Of a DNA stretch of 64,000 nt, positions 15,031 through 25,664 are shown in pieces. The stretch is from Lama glama. Lineage: Eukaryota. Within the stretch, counting starts at the first letter, position 1. Each line of letters opens with the position of its first letter. The stretch is taken from NCBI GenBank assembly GCA_028534125.1, contig CM052832.1:14138001-14202000 (forward strand), read 5' to 3'. Under the pieces are notes generated by a model, which did not search any database, was not told the origin of the DNA, and worked only from the letters and a program-made list of their open reading frames with translations. Made by a program: the position numbers and the translations under genes.

Positions 15031-15168
15031 TTACAGGAGGCAGTGGTAAGAACTGTTGGGGTCCAGTGGGAGTTCTGAACCCCAGAAGGCCATGGCCAGG
15101 GCACAGTCCATGAAGAACACTTCCTCCTCTGGTTCCGTGCCCCCTAGGTATGCTGTTGTGCCCACCAC
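15031..15168 (-). CDS. MKRN4: Makorin-4-like last coding exon
   Basis: tttctttctttactcccag|GTG; VVGTTAYLGGTEPEEEVFFMDCALAMAFWGSELPLDPNSSYHCLL*. Confidence 0.8.
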   Translation of the reverse strand: MVGTTAYLGGTEPEEEVFFMDCALAMAFWGSELPLDPNSSYHCLL

Positions 15169-18100
15169 CTGGGAGTAAAGAAAGAAATCAGTGAAAACCC
15201 ACCAGCTTCAATTCCAGTTGTGCCAAGTACAAGGGAATCAAGGCTGACACAGGAGTTTGTGTGGGTTGTACATAGCATAAAAGTCCCACATCTAAGCAGG
15301 CACCATTAATGTCATGGCCATCATACACAGGTTTTACATTTATCAGAGACATATTATAAACCATGACCAGCAGCTTCCCCCACCCCATATCCCTGCTGAT
15401 ACTACCTCACTCACAGAGGCCAGCTGCATACTCTTGGTCCAGGGAGGATCAGAGGTCAGGGCCTTATCTGGGAGCTGGTGCAGGTAAATGCAGTCAGCCT
15501 GAAAGGGGCAGCGGCCATTCCCCCGTATGAAGAACCGGCATCGAATCTGGCTATGAGAGGGCAAAAGGAGAGAAGACCATCACCTTCAAGCCCAGTTGCC
15601 CCCAAAACAAGGGACCCTCAAGGCTGATATGTAAGGTTGGGTAGGTTGTACACAGCACAAAGGCACCACATCTGTGCCGGCACCACTAGCATCAGAGACA
15701 AGTGTAGACGTTACACCTATTACAACTATTTCCCAGCAGATGGCAGTAAAGTGTCTTAAGGGGTGCCTGCCTTTCTTATAACTCCTACACAGGCTCTGTT
15801 TGGGACAGTAGTGACCCTAGGAATCTCCTTTCCCTTTCTGAACTAAGTTTCAATGATACCGCCAAAGGAGGGGGGAATAGCAGATCACCCTGCAATGTGT
15901 CTCTGTAACCAAGTAAGAACAATGTGCTGTTCTGAGGGATGGTCTTGTGATTAGGTAATTGCAAGCTAATGAAATTCATTGAGAAGTTTCCCATTTCTGA
16001 AATTTCAAATTTCACTCTGTGAAAGGTTAGATTACAGGAGAGGTTTGTGGGCAATTTGTGATCTGCTTAAGTAGGACCAGTTTTTGCCTGCACAGAAAGA
16101 TGGGCAAGAGAGAAAAAAAGACAAAGCGCGTATTTATAGCCTTTTTCTGCGTCAGTTCTCTGCTTGACTCCAAAACAGCTGAGTCTTTCCCACTTCCTGC
16201 CATCCCAGCATGAATGCAGGACCCCACTGACCACCAAGCTGGGAGCCTAGGAATTCCTCTAAATGGCTATCTCTTCCTCTTCCTCCTCCTACCATTTGAC
16301 CAAAACTAGCATTAGGAACCCCTCCATCCAGATAGCCTTCAAAAACCCCACACTGTCCAAATTCCCATCAGCCTCCCTCACCCACCCTCATGTGACACTA
16401 CCAGACCTGTGTCCACCTATGCTGCAGACATTAGTCATCTTAAACTTTCCTTTCAGCCTCATGGTCAGTTGGCTACCCAGTCTGGCCCTACTTCCTCTCA
16501 AGTCAATATCCTCCCCACCATTCCTTCTAGTACATGCTAGGAGTCAGAATGCCTGGGTTCAAACCCCACTTCTGCCCTGAAGTCCCACAGACCACATCTC
16601 CTTTTGCAGGTGGGGGCAGTAAGAGACCCTACATCATGGCGTTTATGACACGCAGTCTGTCATCCAGGATGAACGCTCCATGTCATTGTCTCCTATCACA
16701 CCCGGGCCTGGGTACTCCCCTCTGGCCCAGACATCTTCGGAAGGCTCCCCACCATACCCCAGCTGCAGGATTTCCCCACTTCAACCTCTCTACCTGGGGT
16801 GCTCTCAGTTTTCTCCTCCTGAGGAGCCCCTACTCCTCCTCCAACACCCAGCTCTCCCTGCTCTGTGAAACTCGCCCACGTTTTGTTCTCAGTAACTTTA
16901 TTAATGCAGCTATTACAGTCACAGACACAATCCAGGTGTCTTCCCAACAAGGCTGAATGTCTCACAGGAAGAGACCAATCTTCTTTATCCCACCTTTTAT
17001 CCAACTATACTTTGTATATGTCAAATATAATAAACCCTTTGGAAAGGTAGAATTAAGAACCTGGAATTGGGGGTGGGGGTGGGGTTGTATAGCTCAGTGG
17101 TAGAGCACATGCTTAGCATGCATGAGGTCCTGGGTTCAATCCCTAATACCTCTATTTGAAAAAAAAGAAGGAGGAGGAGGAGGGGGAAGAGGGGGAGGAG
17201 GAGGAATTGTAGCTAATTCCAGATTTTGAATAAAGTCTACCCTCCCGCCAAGAGATTAAAACCTACCCAACTTTCCCCTGTCTCTGAGGGCTGCCTTTCA
17301 GTCTCCTTCTCAGAGACTCTATGTTTTCAAAGATCATCTAAGCAAACAACGTGTATTCATAACAATTTACTTCCCTGCTTTAAAAGCACAAGTCAGAAAC
17401 AAAAGCCAAGCAAAGCTTCCCATTGTGCTAAGAGAACCAGAGTTGCCCTGCATCGATCCTGAGCCAGGCTAGAAGGGAAACTTGGCCTTGCTCTTCTGCT
17501 GCTGTCTCAGCCACTATTATTTACTGGGATTTCTGAAATAGTGGAAATAGCTCACACCCTCGCCTGCCATCTCCATCACTCCGAATGTCCAGGATTTGGG
17601 GGATCCCAGGTTGGGAACTGTGGCTTAGTCAGAATGGATTAGGGACTCTCCTCCCCTCTTTCCTAACCTGAGTCATGTGCCCCCTGCCAGGTTACCTGGT
17701 CCGAGCCTTGAAGTTCCTAATGAGTTGCTCCTTCTTAGGCCCCTTGCTCACCCAGAATTTGCAGGGGATGATGTAGCTGGAATGGACACGGCACTGGGGA
17801 CAGGCCCTGCGAGGTGTGGTGGGAGGTGAGAGAAGAGGAGGCTCAAGCCCACCAGCTGGCCTCCAAGCCCAAATCTCTTTGGGACCTTTCCCTCCCTACT
17901 GGCCCCTGCATGACACTGACTTGATGACATCCAGTGGGAAGTCCTGTCGGCTCTTCCGCCAGGTGCGCAGGCAGCCCAGGCAGTGGGCATGGCTACAGTT
18001 GGGCAGGATGCCGAAGATCCGCTGTGCTTCTGGCTTGTCCCACACCTTGTCCATGCAGATGCCACACATGATGTCCCGACTGTCATGCTCCCTCTGCAGC

Positions 18101-21100
18101 CACGGGCAGGGTTAGAGCACATACCCCCTCAAATACACACACACTCATGGCCACCCAAATACAGCTCCAGGGACCCTCCTCCAGCATGTCTGGGCATCCC
18201 AGAGGTCCACCATGGCATCCTCTGCCCCTTCCCCTCAACTACCTGCTGCACCTCAAGGTCTAGGCTCTGAAGTAGGGCCAGAAGCTCCCGGATAGGGTCT
18301 GACTTAGGCTGAGGCTTCTGAGAGTAGCTGTGGCCACCATCAGCAGCTGTTGGAAAAAACTAGGTCCATTCATTCATTTACTCATTCATGTGGCATCTAC
18401 TGAGCATCTGCTGTCTGCAAGGCTCTGCTCGCGCATAAAGTTCTGCCCCCAGTAGCTCAAGGCCTAATCAGAATTATAAGCCTCAAACACAACTATTTAG
18501 AACTGTGCTGTTCAATAGGACAGCCACCTGCCATATGTGGCTATTGGGCACCTGAAGTGGAGCTAGTCTGAACTGAGATATGTTGTAAGTGTAAAATATA
18601 CATGAGATTTTGAAGCTTAGTACCAAAAAGCCTCTAAAAATGTCTCCTTAATAGCTTTTTATATTGATTACATATTGAAATGATATTAGATATGTAATCT
18701 TTGATATATTGAGTTCAATTAAATGTATTAAAATTTATTTCACCTGTTGCTTTTTACTTTTATGATTTTTTTTTTAAATGAAAGTACTGGGGATTGAACC
18801 CAGGACTTCATGCATGCTAAGCACACACTGTACCGCTGAGCTAAAACCTCCCCTCACTTTTTTTTTTTTAATGTGACTATAAGAACATTTTTGATTACAT
18901 ATGTGAATTGTAAAATGGTGCAGCCACATTGGAAAACAGTTTGGTGGTTCCTTAAAATATTAAACATAGGGTTAACATATGATCCAGCAACTCCACTCCT
19001 GGGTATATATTCAAGGGAAATGAAGGCAGGAGGGTATAGCTCAAGTGGTTAGAGTACATGCTTAGCATGCAGAGGTCCTGGGTTCAATCCCTAGTACTGC
19101 CTCTAAAAAGTAAAATAAATAAACCTAATTATCTCCCCCCCCAAAAAAAAGTTTTAAAAAGCCAATTAGCCAGTTTAAAAAAGGAGAGAAATGAAAATAC
19201 ACATCTGTACAATAACTTGTACATAAATGCTCATAGTGACCTTATTCATAGAAGCCCAAAAGTAAAAACAACCCAAATGTCCATCAACTGCCGAATGAAT
19301 GAAACAAAATGTGGTATATATCCGTACAATGGGATATTATTTGGCCATAAAAGGGAATGAAGTACTTATATATGCTATAACATGGATAAACCTAGATAAT
19401 ATTATACTAAGTAAAAGAAGCCACTCACAAAAAGACCATATGTTGTATGATTTCAGTTATATGAAATGTCCAGAATGGGCAAATCCATGGAGACAGAAAG
19501 TAGCTTAGTGGTTGCCAGTGGCTGGGAGGGGTAGAGGGTGCTGCTAATGGGTTTCTTTTCAGTGTAGTGAAAAGCTTCTAAAATTAAATAGTGGTAATGT
19601 TTGTACAACTCTGAATACACTATATTACATTGAATTGTACGCTTTAAATTGGCGAATTTTTTAGTTTGTGAATTATATCTCAATATAGCTGTTACAAAAA
19701 ATTACATACATGACATACTTCTGTTGGGCAGCACTGAATAAGAGCAATAACTAAAAAAAAAACCACTAACATTTAGTGTTTGCTCTGTGCTAAGTACTGT
19801 GCTAAGCACATCACAGCTATGAACTCATCGCAACCTCACACAACCCTGTGAGGTAGGTACTATTATCAGTGGCCTTTTGTAGATGAGGCAATTGAGGCCC
19901 AGAGAGGTTAAGTGATTTGTTCAAGATCACACAGCCCCTAAGTGATGGAGCCAGCATTTGAAACTAAGTGGTTTGACTCCACAGGCACCATGGTATTCTG
20001 CTTCTAGGGCAGGTACTCTGTTTCTAGAACAGAGAAAGCAACAGAGTCGGAGGAAACTTCCCCTCTGCCTGGGAATCTTGAGGAGGGAGAGGGGTGGAAA
20101 GAAATAGAAACTTGCTCAGAGACAGAGCAAGAACCCTGGTCTCAGATCCCACTAGTGCCCACCTGCAGTGCCCCTGATGACTCACATGATGGCAACAGGG
20201 ACTTCCAGGAACTGCCACCAACCTCCTCAGCTTTGTTGAACTCCTCCAGGCCAGGCTCCATGCCCCGGTATCCCCTGGCCCAGCCCCAACCCACAGCCAC
20301 AGAGGGCAGGTAGGTGGGCTCGGACCCCCTGCGGGTCAGCCCCAGCTGGGATCCTGGCAGGGTGATCTGTGGCTCTGAGTGGCGGCGGCCCCACTCAAGG
20401 TGCCGGGGAGGCTGTGGGTGCTGGTAGCTGTAGGGAGGAAGGAAAGGGTAAGGAGACAAGGCTGGCCCCTCCTGGGCTCAGAGCTAGCTCAGCCTAGACC
20501 TTGGAGCTGAGTGGGCAGAGGAGGCTCTGGGAGGATGCATGGCCCATCAGAGATGATTCCTCCCAAGTCCCCCAGCCTGCCCCCCATTCCAGGAGAAGAG
20601 GGGCTTACCTGCACCGACCTCCGTGGAAGCAGAAGCCTCGCTGGAAGTATCTGCAGACTTGGGACGCCTTCTGGTCTTGAGCAAAGCAGCAGCTCGAGCC
20701 CCAGTGACAGGCTTCTGGGTCAAAGTTCCTAAGAGATTGTCTGAGTCACGCCGAGCCCCATTTTAGTTCCTGCCTTGGTGATCCTTATAGAAAGAGGCCA
20801 TGTGGTACAAGAACATAGGCTCCAGAGATGGTCCTGTGTTCAAAGCCTGGCCCCCCTGGGTAACCCTGGGGTAACTCAGTTACCCTGGTGGGTAACTCAG
20901 CTTCCCAAAGCTTGGTTTCCTCACTCTTAAAAATCAGGGTGACAACACCTCACTGTTACCTCAGGGATGTTGTGAGGGCTTTTGAAGATTTCTCACAATG
21001 CACAAAGCAGGTTCTCAGTAAATTACAGGGATTCCTAGGACTTTCTCCAAACACAGAGGCTTGTGGGTTCTGGAGTCAGAATTCTGAATTCAGATTCTGG

Positions 21101-23668
21101 TACCAGGGTTGGCTCCTTGGGCACAGGCCCGTGTTGTCACACAGGAGCCCCACACTTGCTTTAAAGCTCTGCTGTTGCCATCTTAAAATAATTAAATTTT
21201 TGAGCAAGGAGCCCTGATTTTCATTTTGTGCCAGGTCTCACAAATGATGTAGCTAGTTCTGCCAGGTACCACTATTTCTTGGTTGTATGACCTTGGACAA
21301 TTTTTCCATGCCACAGTTTCTTCATGTGTAAGATGGGAATAATATTAGTACCTACTTCACGGGATGATGTAAAACTTAAATGAGACAGTATATGTAGAAG
21401 TACAGTCATCCCTTGGTATCCTTGGGGAATTTGCTCCAGAACCCCTGTGGACACCAAAATCCACAGATGCTCAAGTCCCCTATATAAAGTGGCATTATTT
21501 GCAGATAACATACGTACATCCTCCTGTATACTTGAAATCATCTCTAGATGACTTATAATACCTCATACAATGTAAATGCTATGTTTTGCTTTTTGGAACT
21601 TTGTGGAATTTTTCTCCCAAATATTTTCCATCTGGGGTACAGAACCCGCAGATACTCAGGAATGACTGTACCTGGCACGTAGCAAGCCCTCAATAAATAT
21701 TTAATTGTTCTTAATACTCTGCTGACATCATCATCGTCATCACCACTACTATAGGGACATTTGAGGGCCAGGGTGGGAGGTGGGAGGGTGGGAGGAGCCT
21801 GAGTTGGGAAGATGTTTGCTGAGAATCTACTAGGTGTCCAGGCCTGAGCGAGGGCTCTGGGGACCCGTGCTCTTGTCATGTGCTTCCTTGCTCAGAGGGG
21901 GAATAAGCCCACGTGTGAAGTGGCTGGGACAGAGGCCGGACTCTAGTCCCAAGAGAACAAAGACTGCCAGCCTACACCAGGGCTCTGCCATAGAGTGGTC
22001 CCCACCTCCCCCCCCAGAGAATGTCTAAGAGACTCCGAGTCTTGTTGGTGAAGGTGCCAGACCGTCAGTCACATGGTCCTTCATTTGTAAGAACACGTGG
22101 AGCCCCTGGACATGGAAGTTGCCTGTGGAGCTCCCTGAAGTGATGAAGCAGAGAACCAACAAATCAGGGCCAGGAATGGGGGGAGGCATGGGAGGCTGTC
22201 ACCTTGGACACAAAAATTCAGGGGAATGCCAAAAAAACTCAGTAATAAGAAGTAATATTTTAGTGTGTGTTTTTTTAAAAGATCAAAATTTATGCAAAAA
22301 CAATCCATGATGAACAAAATATCAAATTTTTAAATAAAGACAAGATTCAACCCTGCACAACATACCTTACTTGCCTCTCTCAGCCCAGGCCCTGCAACAA
22401 GGACATGGATAACCAAGACAAACAGATGGTGGGAAGAGCTCAGGCAGAAATAAAAGGCTGGCAGGATGGAAATCTGCTTTAGACAGAGTGGTCAGGGAAA
22501 GCCTTTGAGGAGGTGCCAGTAGTAATACGCATTAGTCCAATGATTATTATTATACTACTACATAGCATAGCACTTATAATAATAATTGTGGCTGCTGTTA
22601 TTGTTGTTATTTTTATAGAAGCACATGTGAGGGTCAGGAGGGTAATGTAAGATCACTAAACAGTAATTTTTAAAAATTATTTATTTATTTAATCTTTTTT
22701 TTTCAGGGAGAAGGTAATTAGGTTTATTCATCTGTTTACTTAATGGATATACTGGGGCTTGAACCCAAGACCTCGTGCATGCTAGGCATGCACTCTATAC
22801 CACTGAGTTATATATACCCTTCCCCCTAAACAGTAATTTTTAATTTTAATTCAGATCACTGTCATTTTTTCATTTAACTCAGAAGAAATTTAAAGAATTG
22901 AGTGACCCTCCTGTAACAAATCACCTTCCATTTCCATTTGCTTATTTATGTGAAGATTTCTCAGTACTTCCTTTCATAAATAGTAAAAATAGAAGGGGGA
23001 GAGGGTATAGCTTAAGTGGTAGAGTGCATGTTTAGCATGTGCAAGGTCCTGGCTGCACAAGGTCCTGGGTTCAATCCCTACCTCCTCTAAAAACAAACAA
23101 ATAAATAAACCTAATTCCCCTCCCCCCCAAAAAAAACAACAAAAAAATTGATATCAAATCCTGTCTTATTCTAACAATAAGTAATGCTTATCCATGGATA
23201 TATGAGCTTTTTTGGAGGGGAAAAAAAAAGCAATGGCCCCATCTAAATTTTCTAAAGAAAATTTTTTGTTATTTAGTAATTAACTGTGAGAGTGTATAAT
23301 ATATTTACATTGTTTTGATCAACTGAGTACTACTAATAACTAAATTTAGACAAAAATTAAATTTCTGTTTAAGAAATATTTTTGTTGCAGGAATAGATAA
23401 TATTATGATCAGTAAAAGCCTTCTAAGAATAAAAATAATTGTATTAGGATAAAATTCTGTGGGCAAAGTAAAATGGGTATTGAAGGAGAAAAAGGAATTA
23501 TGTAAAACTGGAAAGGACCGGTTACGTATATTTTTATATGGATGACATTATATGTGAAATCTCTCTGGTATTTAGATGCCACTGGATACATGAAAAGGAT
23601 AATGTACTTATTCAAATCCACCCTGCTCACCTGCTATTGCTGGTCAGCTGTCCACACAGAAAGTTCAT
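15031..23668 (-). CDS. MKRN4: Intron-containing makorin RING/C3H zinc-finger E3 ubiquitin ligase (vertebrate makorin-4-like), ~353-356 aa with the candidate first exon
   Basis: Exons 20609-20728, 20186-20427, 18243-18346, 17921-18093, 17696-17806, 15406(or 15415)-15550 and 15031-15168 are all GT-AG with matching phases and no stop. Domains: C3H (CRYFQRGFCFHGGRCSYQH), C3HC4 RING (CGIC...NCSHAHCLGC...CPQC), terminal C3H (CRFFIRGNGRCPFQADCIYLH). Candidate ATG exon 23631-23668. Symbol inferred from family and PPARD-FANCE synteny, not from a search. Confidence 0.85.
15406..15550 (-). CDS. MKRN4: Makorin-4-like exon with C-terminal C3H finger
   Basis: ctctcatag|C CAG ATT; SQIRCRFFIRGNGRCPFQADCIYLHQLPDK...; alternative in-frame donor at 15415. 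Confidence 0.88.
17075..17166 (+). mobile_element. tRNA-derived SINE (Vic-1-like) followed by (GGA)n
   Basis: tatagctcagtggtagagcacatgcttagcatgcatgaggtcctgggttcaatccc then A-tail. Confidence 0.85.
17696..17806 (-). CDS. MKRN4: Makorin-4-like exon, RING C-terminal half
   Basis: 111 nt; ACPQCRVHSSYIIPCKFWVSKGPKKEQLIRNFKART, resembles makorin CPECR...IPS..WV. Confidence 0.92.
17921..18093 (-). CDS. MKRN4: Makorin-4-like exon, RING N-terminal half
   Basis: 173 nt; REHDSRDIMCGICMDKVWDKPEAQRIFGILPNCSHAHCLGCLRTWRKSRQDFPLDVIK, makorin signature CGIC..FGIL.NC.H..C..C...WR. Confidence 0.93.
18243..18346 (-). CDS. MKRN4: Makorin-4-like linker exon
   Basis: gttttttccaacag|, 104 nt, phases fit both neighbours; ADGGHSYSQKPQPKSDPIRELLALLQSLDLEVQQ; donor gtagtt is weak. 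Confidence 0.7.
18766..18855 (-). mobile_element. tRNA-derived SINE (Vic-1-like)
   Basis: gtactggggattgaacccagg...gcatgctaagc...ctgagcta with a poly-T leader. Confidence 0.85.
18907..19700 (+). mobile_element. 5'-truncated L1 (L1M-type ORF2 end and 3' UTR)
   Basis: tgtaaaatggtgcagccac..ggaaaacagtttgg..atatgatccagcaactccactcctgggtatatat; diverged TSD attacatatgtga / attacatacatga. Confidence 0.8.
19029..19185 (+). mobile_element. tRNA-derived SINE (Vic-1-like) inserted in the L1
   Basis: gagggtatagctcaagtggttagag...gggttcaatccc...aaataaataaacctaatta; flanked by g(g/a)gaaatgaa repeats. Confidence 0.85.
19770..19985 (-). mobile_element. MIR SINE (representative; similar remnants at ~3650-3765, 5090-5270, 5420-5600, 6570-6790, 63500-63740)
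   Basis: MIR core caaccctgtgaggtaggtactattat..tgtagatgaggcaattgaggcccagagaggttaagtgatttgttcaagatcacacagc. Confidence 0.75.
20186..20427 (-). CDS. MKRN4: Makorin-4-like exon completing C3H finger 2 plus linker
   Basis: ttcctccctacag|C TAC CAG CAC ... CCA TCA T|gtgagt; 242 nt. Confidence 0.8.
20609..20728 (-). CDS. MKRN4: Makorin-4-like exon with degenerate C3H finger 1 and most of finger 2
   Basis: ctcttag|G AAC TTT ... TGC AG|gtaagc; NFDPEACHWGSSCCFAQDQKASQVCRYFQRGFCFHGGRC. Confidence 0.85.
21403..21668. mobile_element. Tc1/mariner Tigger-derived MITE (MER2-like) inserted in a MIR remnant
   Basis: TA-flanked TIRs cagtcat / atgactg; internal ccaaaatccacagatgctcaagtcccctatataaa motif. Confidence 0.75.
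22674..22826 (-). mobile_element. tRNA-derived SINE (Vic-1-like) with perfect TSD
   Basis: 17-bp TSD taaacagtaatttttaa at 22657-22673 and 22827-22843. Confidence 0.9.
22995..23146 (+). mobile_element. tRNA-derived SINE (Vic-1-like) with an internal duplication
   Basis: gagggtatagcttaagtggtagag...caaggtcctgg ctgca caaggtcctgggttcaatccc...aaataaataaacctaatt. Confidence 0.85.
23631..23668 (-). CDS. Candidate first coding exon of the makorin-4-like gene
   Basis: ATG AAC TTT CTG TGT GGA CAG CTG ACC AGC AAT AGC AG|gtgagc: strong donor in the required phase 2; weak Kozak context; no homology evidence checked. Confidence 0.4.
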
Positions 23669-25664
23669 TGGCAGGACCCAAAGCAAGCAGCCTGAAATAC
23701 CTTGGATTGAGATTCTGCACAGAACTCCAGCCCCAGCCCAGTACCCCCATGGTGCTTATAATCATTCTCACTGCCTGGCCTGGAAAACTGAGAAGCTCCT
23801 GCAGGAAGATTGAGGGCAAGTTCTTGTGGGCCGAGAGCTTTCAACACATTTGTCGAAATCTTGCCTGAAGTATCAGTCTTGGAGAAGCAAGATTCAGTAA
23901 TGGGAAAAAAATGTTTGATTTAGTGTGTAACTTCTCTAAAAACATCTTTTAAAAATCTCTTTTGGAATTAAGAGTAATATAATTGCTATATTTTAAAATA
24001 GGACTACTTAGAATATATTAGAAATGGAAGCTTTGCAACAATTTATGATATGATGAAAACCATTAGATAACTTGGGAGCATGGAAGGAAACATGGTTTTT
24101 CAAATTTCTTTTAGGTTTATAGAAGATGCTGGCCTGGTATGTTTCTGCTCCCAATTATAAAGTGGGGAGTAGACAGGAAGAGGCTGGAGTGAGGTAGGGA
24201 CCAGATCAGTGGTTAAGGTGACACCCAAAGTTAGGGAGGGTGGAGGGTGGGGTGAGAGGGAAATGAGTCACAAGAAAGTGGTGGGTGACCTGAGAAGAGA
24301 AGCCTCTTATCTCCTAGGGGAGGAATCAGTAAACTTCAGAGGAAGGGTTTGCAGGGCTCCTATCCCCAGTCCCCAGAGCTTTGCTTTTCCTAAAGACTAC
24401 CCACGAGGCTGACCTCCAGGACTTCCTAGAGAGGCCACTACACTAGCTCTGTCACAAGCTGCGAGGTTCAATGACAGAGCTCTCCCAGCATGTCCCAGGG
24501 GTTCTTAGCCCATCGGATGAGCCACAGCCAAAGGGGCTAGGGGCTTTGTGATCAATCGATTTGAGAAACTCTTCCTTCTATATTTTCTTAGAGTCATGTT
24601 GTATATTGCTTATTGTACATGAACATATTAAAGACTATGATAAGTCCTGCAAAGGAACCTGTTTGATTTAACCTAGTATTGCTTAAACTTGTTTTTGTTG
24701 TTGTTTGTTTCAGCCCTCCACCCACACACCCTTAGCATATCAATAAAACACATTTTGTTTAGGGAATTGTCAAATTAGTTCATTTAATCCTCAAAACAAG
24801 ATTTCAAAGTCAGGAGACATTTTTTGTTTTCAAAATCGGAGGCTCAAAGGGGTCAAGTAACTGGTCTGGGACTCGAGCTAGCCCTGTAACCCAGGTGTCC
24901 TCACTCGGCCCAATACTTCTCTAATTAACCAAGATTGATTTGGCAGGGATAAGGGCAGCTGGATTTGGGGAATTTCTTAAGCCAACTTATGAGGCCAAGG
25001 GGTAGAGACAGAGCAGCAGAGATCATAGGTAATCCAGCCTGGGGAGACAACAAAAGCAGCTTGGTGTCTGGGGGGCTGGAGCATGGACTCTTGAGCAGTG
25101 AGCCAGGGTCACCAGGACTGGACAGTTGGCTGAGATTAGGGGGTGTAGAGGAGAGCCAGGGCTGAGGAAGGCAGGGTTGGGTACAGGAAAGTGGGAGACA
25201 GAGTCTGCCAAAGGAGCCCCCTGAGCAGGATTTTTAAAACTCAAGGGCCTAAACTTAGACGAAGATGCCATCTTCCTTCCTAATCTTTGGGCAGGGCCAG
25301 AAACAATTGAAAAATCTCCTTTAGTAACCCCACCACCTCATTTTTGTTTTTTGCCTTCTTCTTGCTACCTGGCCTCCTTTCTTCCCAACCTGGGAAAACC
25401 ACTTCACCCTGAGACCCTAAGATCTACAATTATCCCTGTTTTACCCAAACTCCAGGGAGAACTGATCTCTTCCAGCTGTTGGCAAAACAAATCTGTGCTA
25501 AGGTATGAACATCTATCTGATGGAAGACCTAGGGAGCTAGTGTACCCAAAGGAATGACTCTCAAACGGTGTAATGTTCAAACTGAAGTGTTCCCATTCAA
25601 ACATTTATGAACACCTGGCACCAGGCTATGCGTTGAGGCTACAAAGGTGACCAAGAGGCCAGAT

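Larger units (their letters stand above)
18503..19736. mobile_element. Old hAT-Charlie MITE (MER3/MER33-like) interrupted by a SINE and an L1
   Basis: Imperfect TIRs ctgtgctgttcaa / ttgggcagcactg; internal gccatatgtggctatt...gctagtctgaactgagatatg motif; family from recall. Confidence 0.6.

Noticed and set aside
17075..17160. tRNA-like sequences with A and B boxes (also near 14.0, 18.8, 19.0, 22.7, 23.0, 26.3 and 51.0 kb)
   Set aside because: Diverged copies with A-rich tails, a shared 3' extension and TSDs: tRNA-derived SINEs, not tRNA genes
17748..18122. 124-aa ORF over the makorin RING exons
   Set aside because: Wrong frame; the RING is read in another frame across two exons
15031..20728. 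Interpretation as a processed MKRN1 pseudogene
   Set aside because: It has introns with canonical splice sites, keeps an open frame, and is too divergent from MKRN1 outside the zinc-binding motifs
20858..20900. GGGTAAC repeats and inverted repeat GGGTAACT-C-AGTTACCC
   Set aside because: Short, within a decayed MIR-like remnant; likely local slippage or template switching
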